Shown here in pieces: positions 15,617 through 24,374 of a stretch of 64,000 nt of DNA. The stretch comes from an uncultured Pseudomonadales bacterium. Its GTDB lineage: Bacteria; Pseudomonadota; Gammaproteobacteria; Pseudomonadales; Azotimanducaceae. The stretch is taken from the NCBI GenBank assembly GCA_964598305.1, contig CAZRBP010000001.1:22501-86500 (forward strand), read 5' to 3'. The number at the start of each line of letters is the position of its first letter. The stretch's first letter is position 1. Below the pieces are notes generated by a model. The model saw only the letters and a program-made list of their open reading frames with translations. It was not told the DNA's origin and did not search any database. The position numbers were made by a program, and so were the translations under genes.

Positions 15617-16513
15617 ATGGAACTGAACGGCAAGTCGGCCGTCGTGACGGGCGGCGGCAACGGCATCGGCCGGGCGCTCTGCTTGGCCCTCGCCGGCGAG
15701 GGCGTCAATGTGGCGGTCGCGGACATCGACTCGGCGGCGGCACAGGCCGTGGCGGAGGAAGCGAAGGGTGTTGGCGTCAAAGCCATCGGCGTCGGTGCGG
15801 ACGTAACCAGCGAGGCCAGCGTGAACGCACTGGCCGACGCGGCTTGGGATGCATTCGAAGCCGTTGACATCTTGGTCAACAACGCCGGCGTCATACACCC
15901 GACCGGGCCCCTTGCCGCAACCAGCGCAGCCGACTTCGACTGGGTGTTCGCGGTCAACGTGCGCGGCGTGATGAACGGCATCCGCGCCTTCGTCCCCCGC
16001 TTCATTGCCTCCGGCCGCGAATGCCGGGTGGTCAACACCGCGTCCGAACACGCCTTGGGCGTGCCCCACGTCGGCGCCGGGCTGTACACGGCCTCCAAGC
16101 ACGCCCTGCTCGGGCTGTCCGACGTGCTGCGCCGGGAAGTGCCGGAGCGCGTCATGGTCAGCGTGCTCTGTCCGGGGATCGTCGCCTCCACGCTGTGGCG
16201 CGCCACGGAGCGCCGTCCAGCCGCCTTCGGTGGCTCGGCCCCGGCACCGGAGGCGGCCGGCGCCTTCATGGACCAGATCGGCATGCCGGCCGAAGAGGTC
16301 GCGGCGCGCGCCATGAAGGGCATCCGGATGGGTGAGTTCCACATCCTGACCCATCCCCACGTGGTCGGCATCGCCCAAGCGCGTTGGACTGAGCTTGAGA
16401 AGGCGTTCGCTGCCCAGGCGCCGCGCCGGGAGGGGGACGCCAAGTACGACCTCGAACCGATCATGCGCCAGTTCATGGGGCAAACGGCCGCCCAGCAAGG
16501 CGAGGGATCATGA
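15617..16513 (+). CDS. SDR-family oxidoreductase
   Basis: Motifs present are TGGGNGIGRA, NNAG and YTASKHA. The stop overlaps the next start (ATGA). Confidence 0.85.
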   Translation: MELNGKSAVVTGGGNGIGRALCLALAGEGVNVAVADIDSAAAQAVAEEAKGVGVKAIGVGADVTSEASVNALADAAWDAFEAVDILVNNAGVIHPTGPLAATSAADFDWVFAVNVRGVMNGIRAFVPRFIASGRECRVVNTASEHALGVPHVGAGLYTASKHALLGLSDVLRREVPERVMVSVLCPGIVASTLWRATERRPAAFGGSAPAPEAAGAFMDQIGMPAEEVAARAMKGIRMGEFHILTHPHVVGIAQARWTELEKAFAAQAPRREGDAKYDLEPIMRQFMGQTAAQQGEGS

Positions 16514-18102
16514 TCAACGTGCCCGTGTGCATCATCGGATGCGGCCCGATTGGCCTCACTGGCGCCTTGCTGCTTTCGAGGTTTGGCATCAATTCCCTGC
16601 TGATTGAGCGGCGCAGCGAGGTCAACACCCACCCGCGCTCCCGCTTCGTGGACACCAACACCATGGAGTTGATGCGCTTCCTGGGCCTGGAAAAGGCGGT
16701 GGAGGAGACCGGGCTCGGACCGGACTGGACCGAGCGCAATCGCTGGTTCAGCGCCTTGACCGGGCAGCAGATCGCGGCGATCCCCAGCCCCACGTTCCAC
16801 ACGGTGCCGCGCAGCACCAGCCCCACCATGCCGGTGATGACCTGCCAGGACTACGTCGAGAACATCCTGCTCGCCGAAGCCCGCGGGGACGAGCGCATCG
16901 AGCTTCGCTACCGCACTGAAGCGGTCGAGGTGAACCAGGACGAGAATGGCACCACGGTGGTCATCCGGGATCTGGCCTCCGGGGAGAAAAGCACCGTTCG
17001 CGCCGACTACACGGTGGGCACGGATGGCCCCCACAGCTTCGCACGCGAGGCCATCGGGAGCGCGCTTGAGACCGCACCGCTGGCCACCTTCATGCAGGAC
17101 GTCATCTTCGATGCCGACCTGTCCAAGTACGTCGAAGGGCGCAAGGGCGGGTTGCTGTACAACGCCACCCTTAGCGGCATGCTGGTGTTTCAGCCGCTCA
17201 ACGGCATCACGCGCTGGCGCTGCCAGATCCCCAACGCGGAAAACGAGCCGCTGACGGAAGCGGAGACGGTGCGCCGCATCCGGGAAGCTGTCGGCACCGA
17301 GGATGAAGTGCCCATCCGCATCACCAGCACCGGCATGTGGCGGCCGACGCCGGGGTGCGTGGACGCCCTAAGCCGCGGCCGAGTGTTCCTGGCCGGGGAC
17401 GCGGCGCACATCTCGGTGCCCACAGGCGGCATGGGCAACAACATCGGCTTCGCCGGAATCCGCAATCTGACTTGGAAGCTCGCCTACGTGCTGAAGGGGC
17501 TGGCGCCGCCCGAGATTCTCGACACCTACCACACCGAGCACCGGCCCATCGCCTTGGAGCGCATCGCCGTGGGGGTCAAAACCACGGAGTGCATGGCGCA
17601 GATTTTCATGGCGTTCTACGCCGGCAAGGACACCTCCGATGCCGTTCGGGACACCCAGCAATACGGCGACTACGACGGGGTGCTGCTCGGCTTCGAGATG
17701 GCCTCGCCGCTGATCGCGAAGAACCCGGAGCCGCCGCCAGCGGTCGGGAACCCCACCATCGACTTCGTGCCAGCGGTACGCGCGGGCCGCCGCGCCCCAC
17801 ACCTTTGGGTTGATGAACGGCAAAACCAATCCGTTCTGGATTGGTTCGGCACGGAGTACGTGCTCATCGGCGGCGCTTCCGTTGCCGCCGAGCGCTGGTG
17901 CGAAGCGGTGCGGCAAACAGCGGACCGCACCGGCTTCCCGCTGCGTTGGCGGCAGTTGCCGGAACCCGAGGCCGCGCCCTACGAGCCGTTCGGCCTAGTA
18001 CTGGTCCGCCCGGACGGCATCATCGCCGACTGCTGGAACGATGCCGGCGTCGGCGACCAAGAGGTCGAAGCACGGCTGCGCAGGCAACTGCCCTCGCCCT
18101 GA
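16510..18102 (+). CDS. FAD-dependent aromatic-ring monooxygenase (PheA/TfdB-like)
   Basis: The N-terminal dinucleotide fold is IIGCGPIGLTGALLLSRFG. The motifs TDGPHS and FLAGDAAH are present. Length is 530 aa. Confidence 0.8.
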   Translation: MINVPVCIIGCGPIGLTGALLLSRFGINSLLIERRSEVNTHPRSRFVDTNTMELMRFLGLEKAVEETGLGPDWTERNRWFSALTGQQIAAIPSPTFHTVPRSTSPTMPVMTCQDYVENILLAEARGDERIELRYRTEAVEVNQDENGTTVVIRDLASGEKSTVRADYTVGTDGPHSFAREAIGSALETAPLATFMQDVIFDADLSKYVEGRKGGLLYNATLSGMLVFQPLNGITRWRCQIPNAENEPLTEAETVRRIREAVGTEDEVPIRITSTGMWRPTPGCVDALSRGRVFLAGDAAHISVPTGGMGNNIGFAGIRNLTWKLAYVLKGLAPPEILDTYHTEHRPIALERIAVGVKTTECMAQIFMAFYAGKDTSDAVRDTQQYGDYDGVLLGFEMASPLIAKNPEPPPAVGNPTIDFVPAVRAGRRAPHLWVDERQNQSVLDWFGTEYVLIGGASVAAERWCEAVRQTADRTGFPLRWRQLPEPEAAPYEPFGLVLVRPDGIIADCWNDAGVGDQEVEARLRRQLPSP

Positions 18103-18113
18103 ACCAAGGGAAT

Positions 18114-18449
18114 CCCTGCGAGGGCGAGTCGCCCTCGCTCCGAGCGTGATCCCCGGAGGGCGGCCCGCTCGCTCCGGGCGTGATCCCCAGAGCGAGGGCG
18201 GCCCCCTTGCTCCGAGCGTGATCCCCAGAGCGAGGGCGGCCCGCTCGCTCCGAGCGTGATCCCCGGAGCGAGGGCGGCCCCCTTGCTCCGGGCGTGATCC
18301 CCAGAGCGAGGGCGGCCCGCTCGCTCCGAGCGTGATCCCCGGAGCGAGGGCGGCCCCCTTGCTCCGAGCGTGATCCCCAGAGCGAGGGCGGCTCGCTCGC
18401 TCCGAGCGTGATCCCCGGAGCGAGGGCGACTCGCCCTCGAACTGATCCT
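18114..18449. repeat. Tandem array of ~9 units of a 38-bp REP-like hairpin repeat (two alternating variants, i.e. 76-bp higher-order period)
   Basis: GTGATCCCC recurs at 18146, 18180, 18218, 18256, 18294, 18332, 18370 and 18408. Each unit carries GGAGCGAG-N9-CTCGCTCC or the G-T wobble variant CTTGCTCC. The terminal units carry CGAGGGCGAGTCGCCCTCG and GAGGGCGACTCGCCCTC. Confidence 0.9.
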
Positions 18450-18462
18450 CGAATCCGCCAGC

Positions 18463-19146
18463 GTGTACCCTATGCCGTCCGCTGAGATGATTCGACTTCC
18501 GGCTTTGACTCAATACACCCACCTCCTCTTCGACCACGACGGCGTCCTTGTGGATACCGAGCCGTTGTACTACGAAGCAACGCGGCAGTGCATTGCGCAT
18601 CTCGGCGTGGAACTGGCCTTGGACCACTACCTTATGCTGATGGTGGATGGAGCGAGCCCGTGGGAGCTGGCGCGGCCACTCGGAGCCACGGACGGGGACA
18701 TCGACCACTGGCGCGCCAAGCGCAACGTCCTGTACCAAGAGTTGCTGGTTTCGGAGCCGATCGAGATCGAGGGCGTGGAGGAAGTGCTCGCCAAGCTCCG
18801 CAAACGCTTCCGCATCGCCATCGTCACCACCGCGAAGCCCGAGGACTTCGCCCTCATTCACCGCCACCGCAACATCGTGCCGTTCACCGACTTCGTGCTG
18901 ACGCGGGAGGCCTACCAACGCAGCAAGCCGCACCCGGACCCCTACCTCGCGGCGCTGGCGCGCTACGGCATCGGCCCGAACCAAGCCTTGGCCGTGGAGG
19001 ACTCCCAGCGCGGCCTGCGCGCCGCCGTGGCTGCGGAGTTGGACTGCGCCGTGGTCCACCATCCATTCACCGCTACGCAGGACTTCTCACTGGCAACCTA
19101 CCGCTTCGGGAGTCTTCTCGAGTTAGCGGAGGAGCTTCTTGGGTAG
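18463..19146 (+). CDS. HAD-superfamily hydrolase (beta-phosphoglucomutase-like subfamily IA)
   Basis: Motif I is LLFDHDGVLVDTE. The later motifs TTAKP, KPHPDPY and EDS are present. The exact start is uncertain (GTG 18463, ATG 18472 or ATG 18487). Confidence 0.75.
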   Translation: MYPMPSAEMIRLPALTQYTHLLFDHDGVLVDTEPLYYEATRQCIAHLGVELALDHYLMLMVDGASPWELARPLGATDGDIDHWRAKRNVLYQELLVSEPIEIEGVEEVLAKLRKRFRIAIVTTAKPEDFALIHRHRNIVPFTDFVLTREAYQRSKPHPDPYLAALARYGIGPNQALAVEDSQRGLRAAVAAELDCAVVHHPFTATQDFSLATYRFGSLLELAEELLG

Positions 19147-19349
19147 CTGTAGCGATGGTGACAGTGGGCAATGCAATCGAGGCGTCGAGTTCGAGGGCAA
19201 TCAACCCTCAGGGTCCGCCAGTGATTCAGCGCACCGCCCAGGTCAGCAGTGCGTCCTGGATTCTTGACCCCGTTTCTTGAGTGAGTGTGGCTTAGGCCGC
19301 CCAGCCCCGCTATGCTCTCGCACCGGACAATCGCCCCGAGGAGTGCAGA

Positions 19350-20567
19350 GTGAGCAATGACCCCTATCTTCTGATCACCGCCGACACCCACGCCGGGGGC
19401 AGCCACGCGCAATACCGCGAGTATCTGGACCCCGGCTACCGGGAGCGCTTCGACGACTGGCGGGGCGGCTACCGCAATCCCTCCCAGGAGCATTACGGCA
19501 AGAAGAAGATGCGCAACTGGGACTACGAGATCCGCACCCAGGACCAAAACAGCCAGGGCGTGGTCGGCGAGGTGGTGTTCCCCAACACGGTGCCGCCGTT
19601 CTACACCAAGAGCGTGGTCACCGCCCAGCCGCCGACGGCGGACCGCTTTGAACTGGCCCTGGCCGGCATCCGCGCCCACAACCGCTGGCTGAAGGACTTC
19701 TGCGCGGAGGACCCGGACCGCCGCGCCGGCATCGGCCTGATCCTGCCGAACGACCTGGACGAGGCCATCAAGGACATCGAGTTCATTGCCGAGGCGGGGC
19801 TGCGCGGCGGCGTGCTGCTGCCGCTCATCCCACCCGACTGCACTTGGCTGAAGCCGCTCTACGACCCGGCTTGGGATCGGGTGCTGGCTGCGATCCAGGA
19901 CCACGACCTAGTCATCAACCAGCATTCCGGGCAGGGTTCGCCGGACTACGGCGCCGGGCCGGTGCCGGAGGCGCTTTGGATCTCGGAAGTCACCTTCTAC
20001 TGCCAAGCCGGCTGGCGGCACCTGTTGATGAGCGGCGCCTATGAGAAGTTCCCCAAGCTCAAGTACATCCTCACCGAGTCCGGCTGCGCTTGGGTGGGGC
20101 CGGCGCTGCAGCAGCTCGACCGCATCCACATGGGCTTCAAGGCGGGCGCCATCGGCGAGATGGACTACGGCGGCATGGAGTGGGTGCTGAAGGACCGCCC
20201 CAGCGAGTATGCGGCGCGCAACTGCTACTACGGCGCGAGCTTCCCCAGCAACGCCGACCTGGAGGGCATCGACGCCGTTGGCGAGGACCGGGTGCTCTGG
20301 GGCAACGACTACCCCCACTTCGAGGGCACCTTTCCCTACAACCTGGAGTCCCTGCGCCTGACGTTCGGCGATCTGCCGGACGGGCGCCGCCGCAAGATCC
20401 TCGGCCTCAACGCGGCCGAACTCTACAACTTCGACGTGGAGAAGCTAGCGCCCCTTGCCCAAGAACACGGGCCGACGCCGGAGCAGGTGGAGACTCCGCT
20501 GCCCAGGGAGCAGATCCCCACCGATTCGATGTGCTACCTGTTCACCAACGCCCTGTACGGAGCCTAG
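19350..20567 (+). CDS. Amidohydrolase-2 family metal-dependent hydrolase/decarboxylase
   Basis: The start is GTG with a GAGGAG SD. The motifs ITADTHAG and WGNDYPHFEGTFPY are typical of PF04909-type proteins. Confidence 0.7.
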   Translation: MSNDPYLLITADTHAGGSHAQYREYLDPGYRERFDDWRGGYRNPSQEHYGKKKMRNWDYEIRTQDQNSQGVVGEVVFPNTVPPFYTKSVVTAQPPTADRFELALAGIRAHNRWLKDFCAEDPDRRAGIGLILPNDLDEAIKDIEFIAEAGLRGGVLLPLIPPDCTWLKPLYDPAWDRVLAAIQDHDLVINQHSGQGSPDYGAGPVPEALWISEVTFYCQAGWRHLLMSGAYEKFPKLKYILTESGCAWVGPALQQLDRIHMGFKAGAIGEMDYGGMEWVLKDRPSEYAARNCYYGASFPSNADLEGIDAVGEDRVLWGNDYPHFEGTFPYNLESLRLTFGDLPDGRRRKILGLNAAELYNFDVEKLAPLAQEHGPTPEQVETPLPREQIPTDSMCYLFTNALYGA

Positions 20568-20575
20568 CCGTGGCC

Positions 20576-21427
20576 ATGCCGAGCGGCATCGGGATCATCG
20601 ACACGATGATCGGCTTCCCGGCCGAGGACTTCAAGCAGTACGACTTCATCCGCGAGCAGTTGAAGGACGGCTCCCAGGACTTTGACTTTCCCGTGGAGTA
20701 CATGTTCAAGCACGTCCCCAAGTCGCTCTACGGCGCCCCGGACCCCATCGCCATCACGCTGCACGAGATGGACCGCTTCGGCATCGAGGTCGGCGTGGTC
20801 GGGGTCGGCAACGAAGTGAGCCGCCACGCCCTCAAGCAGCATCCCGACCGCTTCGTCGGGCAAGGATTCGTGGACCCGAACCGCGGCATGGAGGGCATCC
20901 GCGACATGGTGCGCGAGCACGAGGAGCTGGGCGTGCGTTCCTTCACCGCCTTCAACGCCGGCTACAACCCGCAAGTGGGCATCGCCGACCCGCTAATGTA
21001 CCCCATCTACGCCAAGTGCGTGGAGCTTGGAACGCCCATCTTCTCCTGCGCCGGCGTGCCGGGGCCGCGCTTTCCGATGTGGCCCCAGGAGGTGCGCCTG
21101 ATCGACCAGGTGATGTACGACTTCCCGGAGCTGGTGTTCGTCACCCGCCACGGCTGCGAGCCGTGGGAGGACCTCGCGGTCAAGCTCATGCTCAAGTGGC
21201 CGAACCTGTACTACTCCACCACCGCCTTCGCGCCAAAGTACTACCCCCAGGCCATCATCGACTACGCCAACACCCGCGGCGCCGACAAGATCATCTACGG
21301 CGGCTACTTCCCGATGGGCCTCTCCCTGGAACGCATCATGACCGACATGCCCAGTCTGCCGCTGAAGGACGAGGTGTGGCCGAAATTCCTGCGCGACAAC
21401 GCCAAAAAGGTCCTGAACCTCGGCTAA
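20576..21427 (+). CDS. Amidohydrolase-family protein
   Basis: The ORF track gives 20090..21427, but its first 162 codons overlap the preceding gene. I moved the start to ATG 20576 (MPSGIGIIDTMIGFP), 9 nt after that gene's stop. Confidence 0.7.
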   Translation: MPSGIGIIDTMIGFPAEDFKQYDFIREQLKDGSQDFDFPVEYMFKHVPKSLYGAPDPIAITLHEMDRFGIEVGVVGVGNEVSRHALKQHPDRFVGQGFVDPNRGMEGIRDMVREHEELGVRSFTAFNAGYNPQVGIADPLMYPIYAKCVELGTPIFSCAGVPGPRFPMWPQEVRLIDQVMYDFPELVFVTRHGCEPWEDLAVKLMLKWPNLYYSTTAFAPKYYPQAIIDYANTRGADKIIYGGYFPMGLSLERIMTDMPSLPLKDEVWPKFLRDNAKKVLNLG

Positions 21428-21451
21428 CGGGTAAGATTCCCTTGGATTAAC

Positions 21452-21474
21452 TCGAGGGCGGGACGCCCTTATCT
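21452..21474. repeat. Single REP-like element TCGAGGGCGGGACGCCCTTATCT
   Basis: It differs at one position from the 23-nt arm of the long inverted repeat at 37473..37495. It has an internal hairpin, AGGGCG-GGA-CGCCCT. It sits just after the amidohydrolase stop. Confidence 0.75.
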
Positions 21475-21508
21475 CCAGCAATCGCCAACCACCACAAGGA
21501 GCACACTC

Positions 21509-22117
21509 ATGCTGACCCTGCACTTCGCCCCCAACTCACGCGCCGGCCGCATCGTCTGGCTGCTCGAGGAGTTGGGCCTGGACTACGAGCTCAACCGCAT
21601 GGACTTTCATCCCAAGGACTTGAAGTCCAACGATCACCGCGCCCGGCATCCCCTGGGCCGTGTGCCGGTGCTCGATGACGGCGACGTGCGCATCTACGAG
21701 TCGGGCGCCATCGTTGAGTACATCGTCGCCCGGCACACGGACGGCGCTTTGAAGCCGGCCATCGATTCACCGCTGTTTCCCGCCTACCTGCAGTGGTTCC
21801 ACTACTGCGAGGGCATGGTGATGCCGCCGGTGAACACCATCGTGGTGCAAACCATCCTGCTGCCCCCGGAGCGCCAGAACAAGGAGGCCTTGGGGCAGGC
21901 CCAGCGCTTGCTGACCAAGGCGCTGGCACCGGTCGATGAGCAACTTGAGGGCAAGGACTACCTGATCGGCGACTTCTCCGCCGCCGACATCATGCTCGGC
22001 CACGCCTGCTTCATGAGCCGGCGCTTGGGCTGCGTCACCGATGAGATGACCCACCTGCACGCCTACGTTGAGCGCGTGGAGGCCCGGCCCGCCTTCCAGA
22101 AGGCGATGAGTTCCTAG
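21509..22117 (+). CDS. Glutathione S-transferase
   Basis: A thioredoxin-like N-domain (HPLGRVPVLDDGDVRIYESGAIVEYI) is followed by a helical C-domain. Confidence 0.8.
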   Translation: MLTLHFAPNSRAGRIVWLLEELGLDYELNRMDFHPKDLKSNDHRARHPLGRVPVLDDGDVRIYESGAIVEYIVARHTDGALKPAIDSPLFPAYLQWFHYCEGMVMPPVNTIVVQTILLPPERQNKEALGQAQRLLTKALAPVDEQLEGKDYLIGDFSAADIMLGHACFMSRRLGCVTDEMTHLHAYVERVEARPAFQKAMSS

Positions 22118-22121
22118 CTGG

Positions 22122-22544
22122 CTAGGGGCTCAACCGATAGGTAACCCGCGCCGCGGCCACTTCCTCGCCGTCCGCGTTGCGCACGGAGACATCGCCGACC
22201 GAGACCGAACCACCGCGGCGACGCACCTTGGCTTCGGCAATGAGGTCCGTGTCCACGGCCAGCCTGAGGAAGTGGACCGTGAAGTCCACGGTGGCGCCCC
22301 AAGCGCCTTCCGTGATTGCGGGATGGGACCAGAAAGCTGCGGTCGCGGCGATGTCGATCAAAGCGCTGATGGCCCCGCCATGTATGCGGGCCGTGCCCAG
22401 CGCTTCCCGGTACGGCAGCCGAATGGTGGCCTCATCCTGGGCGCTGTGCGTCAATTCCACGCCCAGCAGGGAGGCGAAGCCGTCGTTGGCGACGGCCTGC
22501 GCGTAGTCGAAGGCCAAGGCTAGCCGTCCAGCGCGGCGTTCCAA
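22122..22544 (-). CDS. PaaI-family hotdog-fold thioesterase
   Basis: The blocks [16 protein letters not shown] and [10 protein letters not shown] are present. The TTG start at 22544 overlaps the PPIase end. An alternative TTG lies at 22517. Confidence 0.7.
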   Translation of the reverse strand: MERRAGRLALAFDYAQAVANDGFASLLGVELTHSAQDEATIRLPYREALGTARIHGGAISALIDIAATAAFWSHPAITEGAWGATVDFTVHFLRLAVDTDLIAEAKVRRRGGSVSVGDVSVRNADGEEVAAARVTYRLSP

Positions 22545-23023
22545 GCCGCAACGCGGTCCTCGAAGGCGTCGAGCAGGGCATCGACCTCGCCGACAATCTC
22601 GATGCCGTCAATCGAATCGCCTTGTTGGATGCCGTCCACGACCGCCTGGTCGTCGCCATCAAGCACCTCGCCAAAGATGGTATGGGCGTCGTCCAGCCAC
22701 GCGGTCGGCACATGGGTGATGAAGAACTGCGAGCCGTTGGTGCCCGGACCGGCGTTGGCCATCGACAGCCGGCCCGGGCGGTCGTGGCGCAACTCGTCGC
22801 TGAATTCGTCCTCAAACTGATAGCCCGGCCCGCCCCGGCCCGAACCCTGGGGGCAGCCGCCCTGGATCATGAACTGGTCGATCACGCGATGGAACCTAAG
22901 CCCGTCGTAAAACCCCCGGCGGCTGAGGTTGGCGAAGTTGGCGACCGTCACCGGCGCCTGTTCGGGAAACAACTGCAGCCGGATGGCCCCCTTGCTGGTG
23001 GCGATGGTGGCTTGAATGGACAT
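22520..23023 (-). CDS. Cyclophilin-type peptidyl-prolyl cis-trans isomerase
   Basis: The start was moved to ATG 23023 ([12 protein letters not shown]). The motifs [29 protein letters not shown] and HTIFG are present. Confidence 0.85.
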   Translation of the reverse strand: MSIQATIATSKGAIRLQLFPEQAPVTVANFANLSRRGFYDGLRFHRVIDQFMIQGGCPQGSGRGGPGYQFEDEFSDELRHDRPGRLSMANAGPGTNGSQFFITHVPTAWLDDAHTIFGEVLDGDDQAVVDGIQQGDSIDGIEIVGEVDALLDAFEDRVAAWNAALDG

Positions 23024-23174
23024 AGGCGATCCTCCCTGCGTGGCGGGTTGCAAGTGGAAGTTGGGAAAAAATGCCATCCTGCCCTTTTGGCAGCCGGAAT
23101 GCGAGCGGTTCAAGCACCAAACTAATGTAATATCCTTCGTCCGCATTGCCGATGTCCAAGGAGAGGAGGCCACC

Positions 23175-24374
23175 GTGAGCCGCGCCCAACTGATCGAAAT
23201 GGCCGAGCACAACCTCAAGTACGCTCAAACGGGAACCATTGAGCAAGCTGAGGCCATCTGCAAGGTGCCCGCCGACCACTACTATGACGAGAGCCGTTGG
23301 CGGCTGGAGATGGACCGGGTGTTCAAGCGCATGCCGTTGATGCTCGCCACCAGCGCCGAAATCCCCAATCCCGGCGACTACAAGGCCATGGACGCGGTGG
23401 ATACCCCGGTGCTCATCAGCCGGGACAGCGACGGCCAGGTGCGCGCCTTCATCAACATGTGCCGCCACCGGGGCTCGCAGATCATGAAGGCCGGCACTGG
23501 CAACGCCAAGCGGTTCACCTGCCCCTACCACGCCTGGTCCTACGATCAGAGCGGCGCCCTCATCGGCGTGTACTCGGAACAGGACTTCGGCGAGGTGGAC
23601 CGTTCCTGCCACAGCTTGGTGGAACTCCCAGCGGCGGAGCGGGCGGGCCTGATCTGGGTGATGATCAATCCCAACGCGAGCCTCGACATCGACACCTTCC
23701 TGTCCGGCTACGACGAAGTCCTCAACCACTTCGATTTCGCCAACTGGCACTTCTTTGAAAGCCGCACCCTCGAGGGCCCCAATTGGAAGGTCGCCTACGA
23801 CGGCTACCTCGACCTCTATCACCTGCCTATCCTGCACAAGGACACTTTCGGCAGCCAGTTCCCCAACCAAGCGCTCTACTACGCTTGGGGGCCGCACCAG
23901 CGGGTCAGTTCGCCGGACCCGTCGCTGGGTGAATACGAGAATCTCTCAGACGCCAGCGACGCCCACCTGATGGCCGGGGTCTGGACCATATTCCCGCACG
24001 TCTCCATCGCCGGCTTCGACGGCGGCGGCCGGGGGGTGATGATCTCCCAGCTCTTCCCCGGCGAGACGCCGCTGACCTCCTACACCGTGCAGAACTACCT
24101 GATGGAGAAGCCGCCGGCGGACGAGGAGACGGCCCAAGCCGCCCATGAGCAGTTCAAGTTCCTCGAATACGTGGTGCAGGAGGAGGACTACGCCACCGGC
24201 CTGCGCCAGCAGAAAGCGCTGCTGACCGGCGCCATGCCCTACGTCCAGTTCGGCCGCAACGAGGGCGGTGGGCAGCGTTTCCACGCTTGGGTAGATCGGC
24301 TGCTCGAAACCGACGACCAAGCCCTGCCTGCCCTATTTCAGAACGGCCACGCAAACAACGGAGCCCGCCAATGA
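23175..24374 (+). CDS. Rieske [2Fe-2S] aromatic-ring-hydroxylating oxygenase, alpha subunit
   Basis: The Rieske motif is CRHRG..(17 aa)..CPYHAW. The start was set to GTG 23175 behind GGAGAGGAGG. The stop overlaps the next start (ATGA). Confidence 0.75.
   Translation: MSRAQLIEMAEHNLKYAQTGTIEQAEAICKVPADHYYDESRWRLEMDRVFKRMPLMLATSAEIPNPGDYKAMDAVDTPVLISRDSDGQVRAFINMCRHRGSQIMKAGTGNAKRFTCPYHAWSYDQSGALIGVYSEQDFGEVDRSCHSLVELPAAERAGLIWVMINPNASLDIDTFLSGYDEVLNHFDFANWHFFESRTLEGPNWKVAYDGYLDLYHLPILHKDTFGSQFPNQALYYAWGPHQRVSSPDPSLGEYENLSDASDAHLMAGVWTIFPHVSIAGFDGGGRGVMISQLFPGETPLTSYTVQNYLMEKPPADEETAQAAHEQFKFLEYVVQEEDYATGLRQQKALLTGAMPYVQFGRNEGGGQRFHAWVDRLLETDDQALPALFQNGHANNGARQ

Noticed and set aside
15542-17034. 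Long minus-strand ORFs (318 and 485 aa) opposite the SDR and monooxygenase genes.
   Set aside because: The + strand frames carry clear SDR and FAD-monooxygenase motifs. The antisense frames are Arg/Ala/Gly-rich with no motifs, which marks them as high-G+C shadow ORFs. The same reasoning applies to 51580..53541 (653 aa, antisense of metH), 32036..32998, 35704..36459, 41963..43306, 54993..56015, 60663..61652 and similar entries.
18114-18449. A regular 38-bp repeat array that could be mistaken for a CRISPR array.
   Set aside because: The units abut one another with no unique spacers and only two alternating variants. No cas genes are nearby. It is a tandem REP-like array, not CRISPR.
17995-19062. 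A 355-aa minus-strand ORF with repetitive GESPSLRGSRSERA.. sequence.
   Set aside because: It is produced by reading through the 38-bp repeat array and the antisense strand of the HAD hydrolase gene. It has low-complexity Arg/Ser/Gly/Pro composition typical of high-G+C shadow frames.
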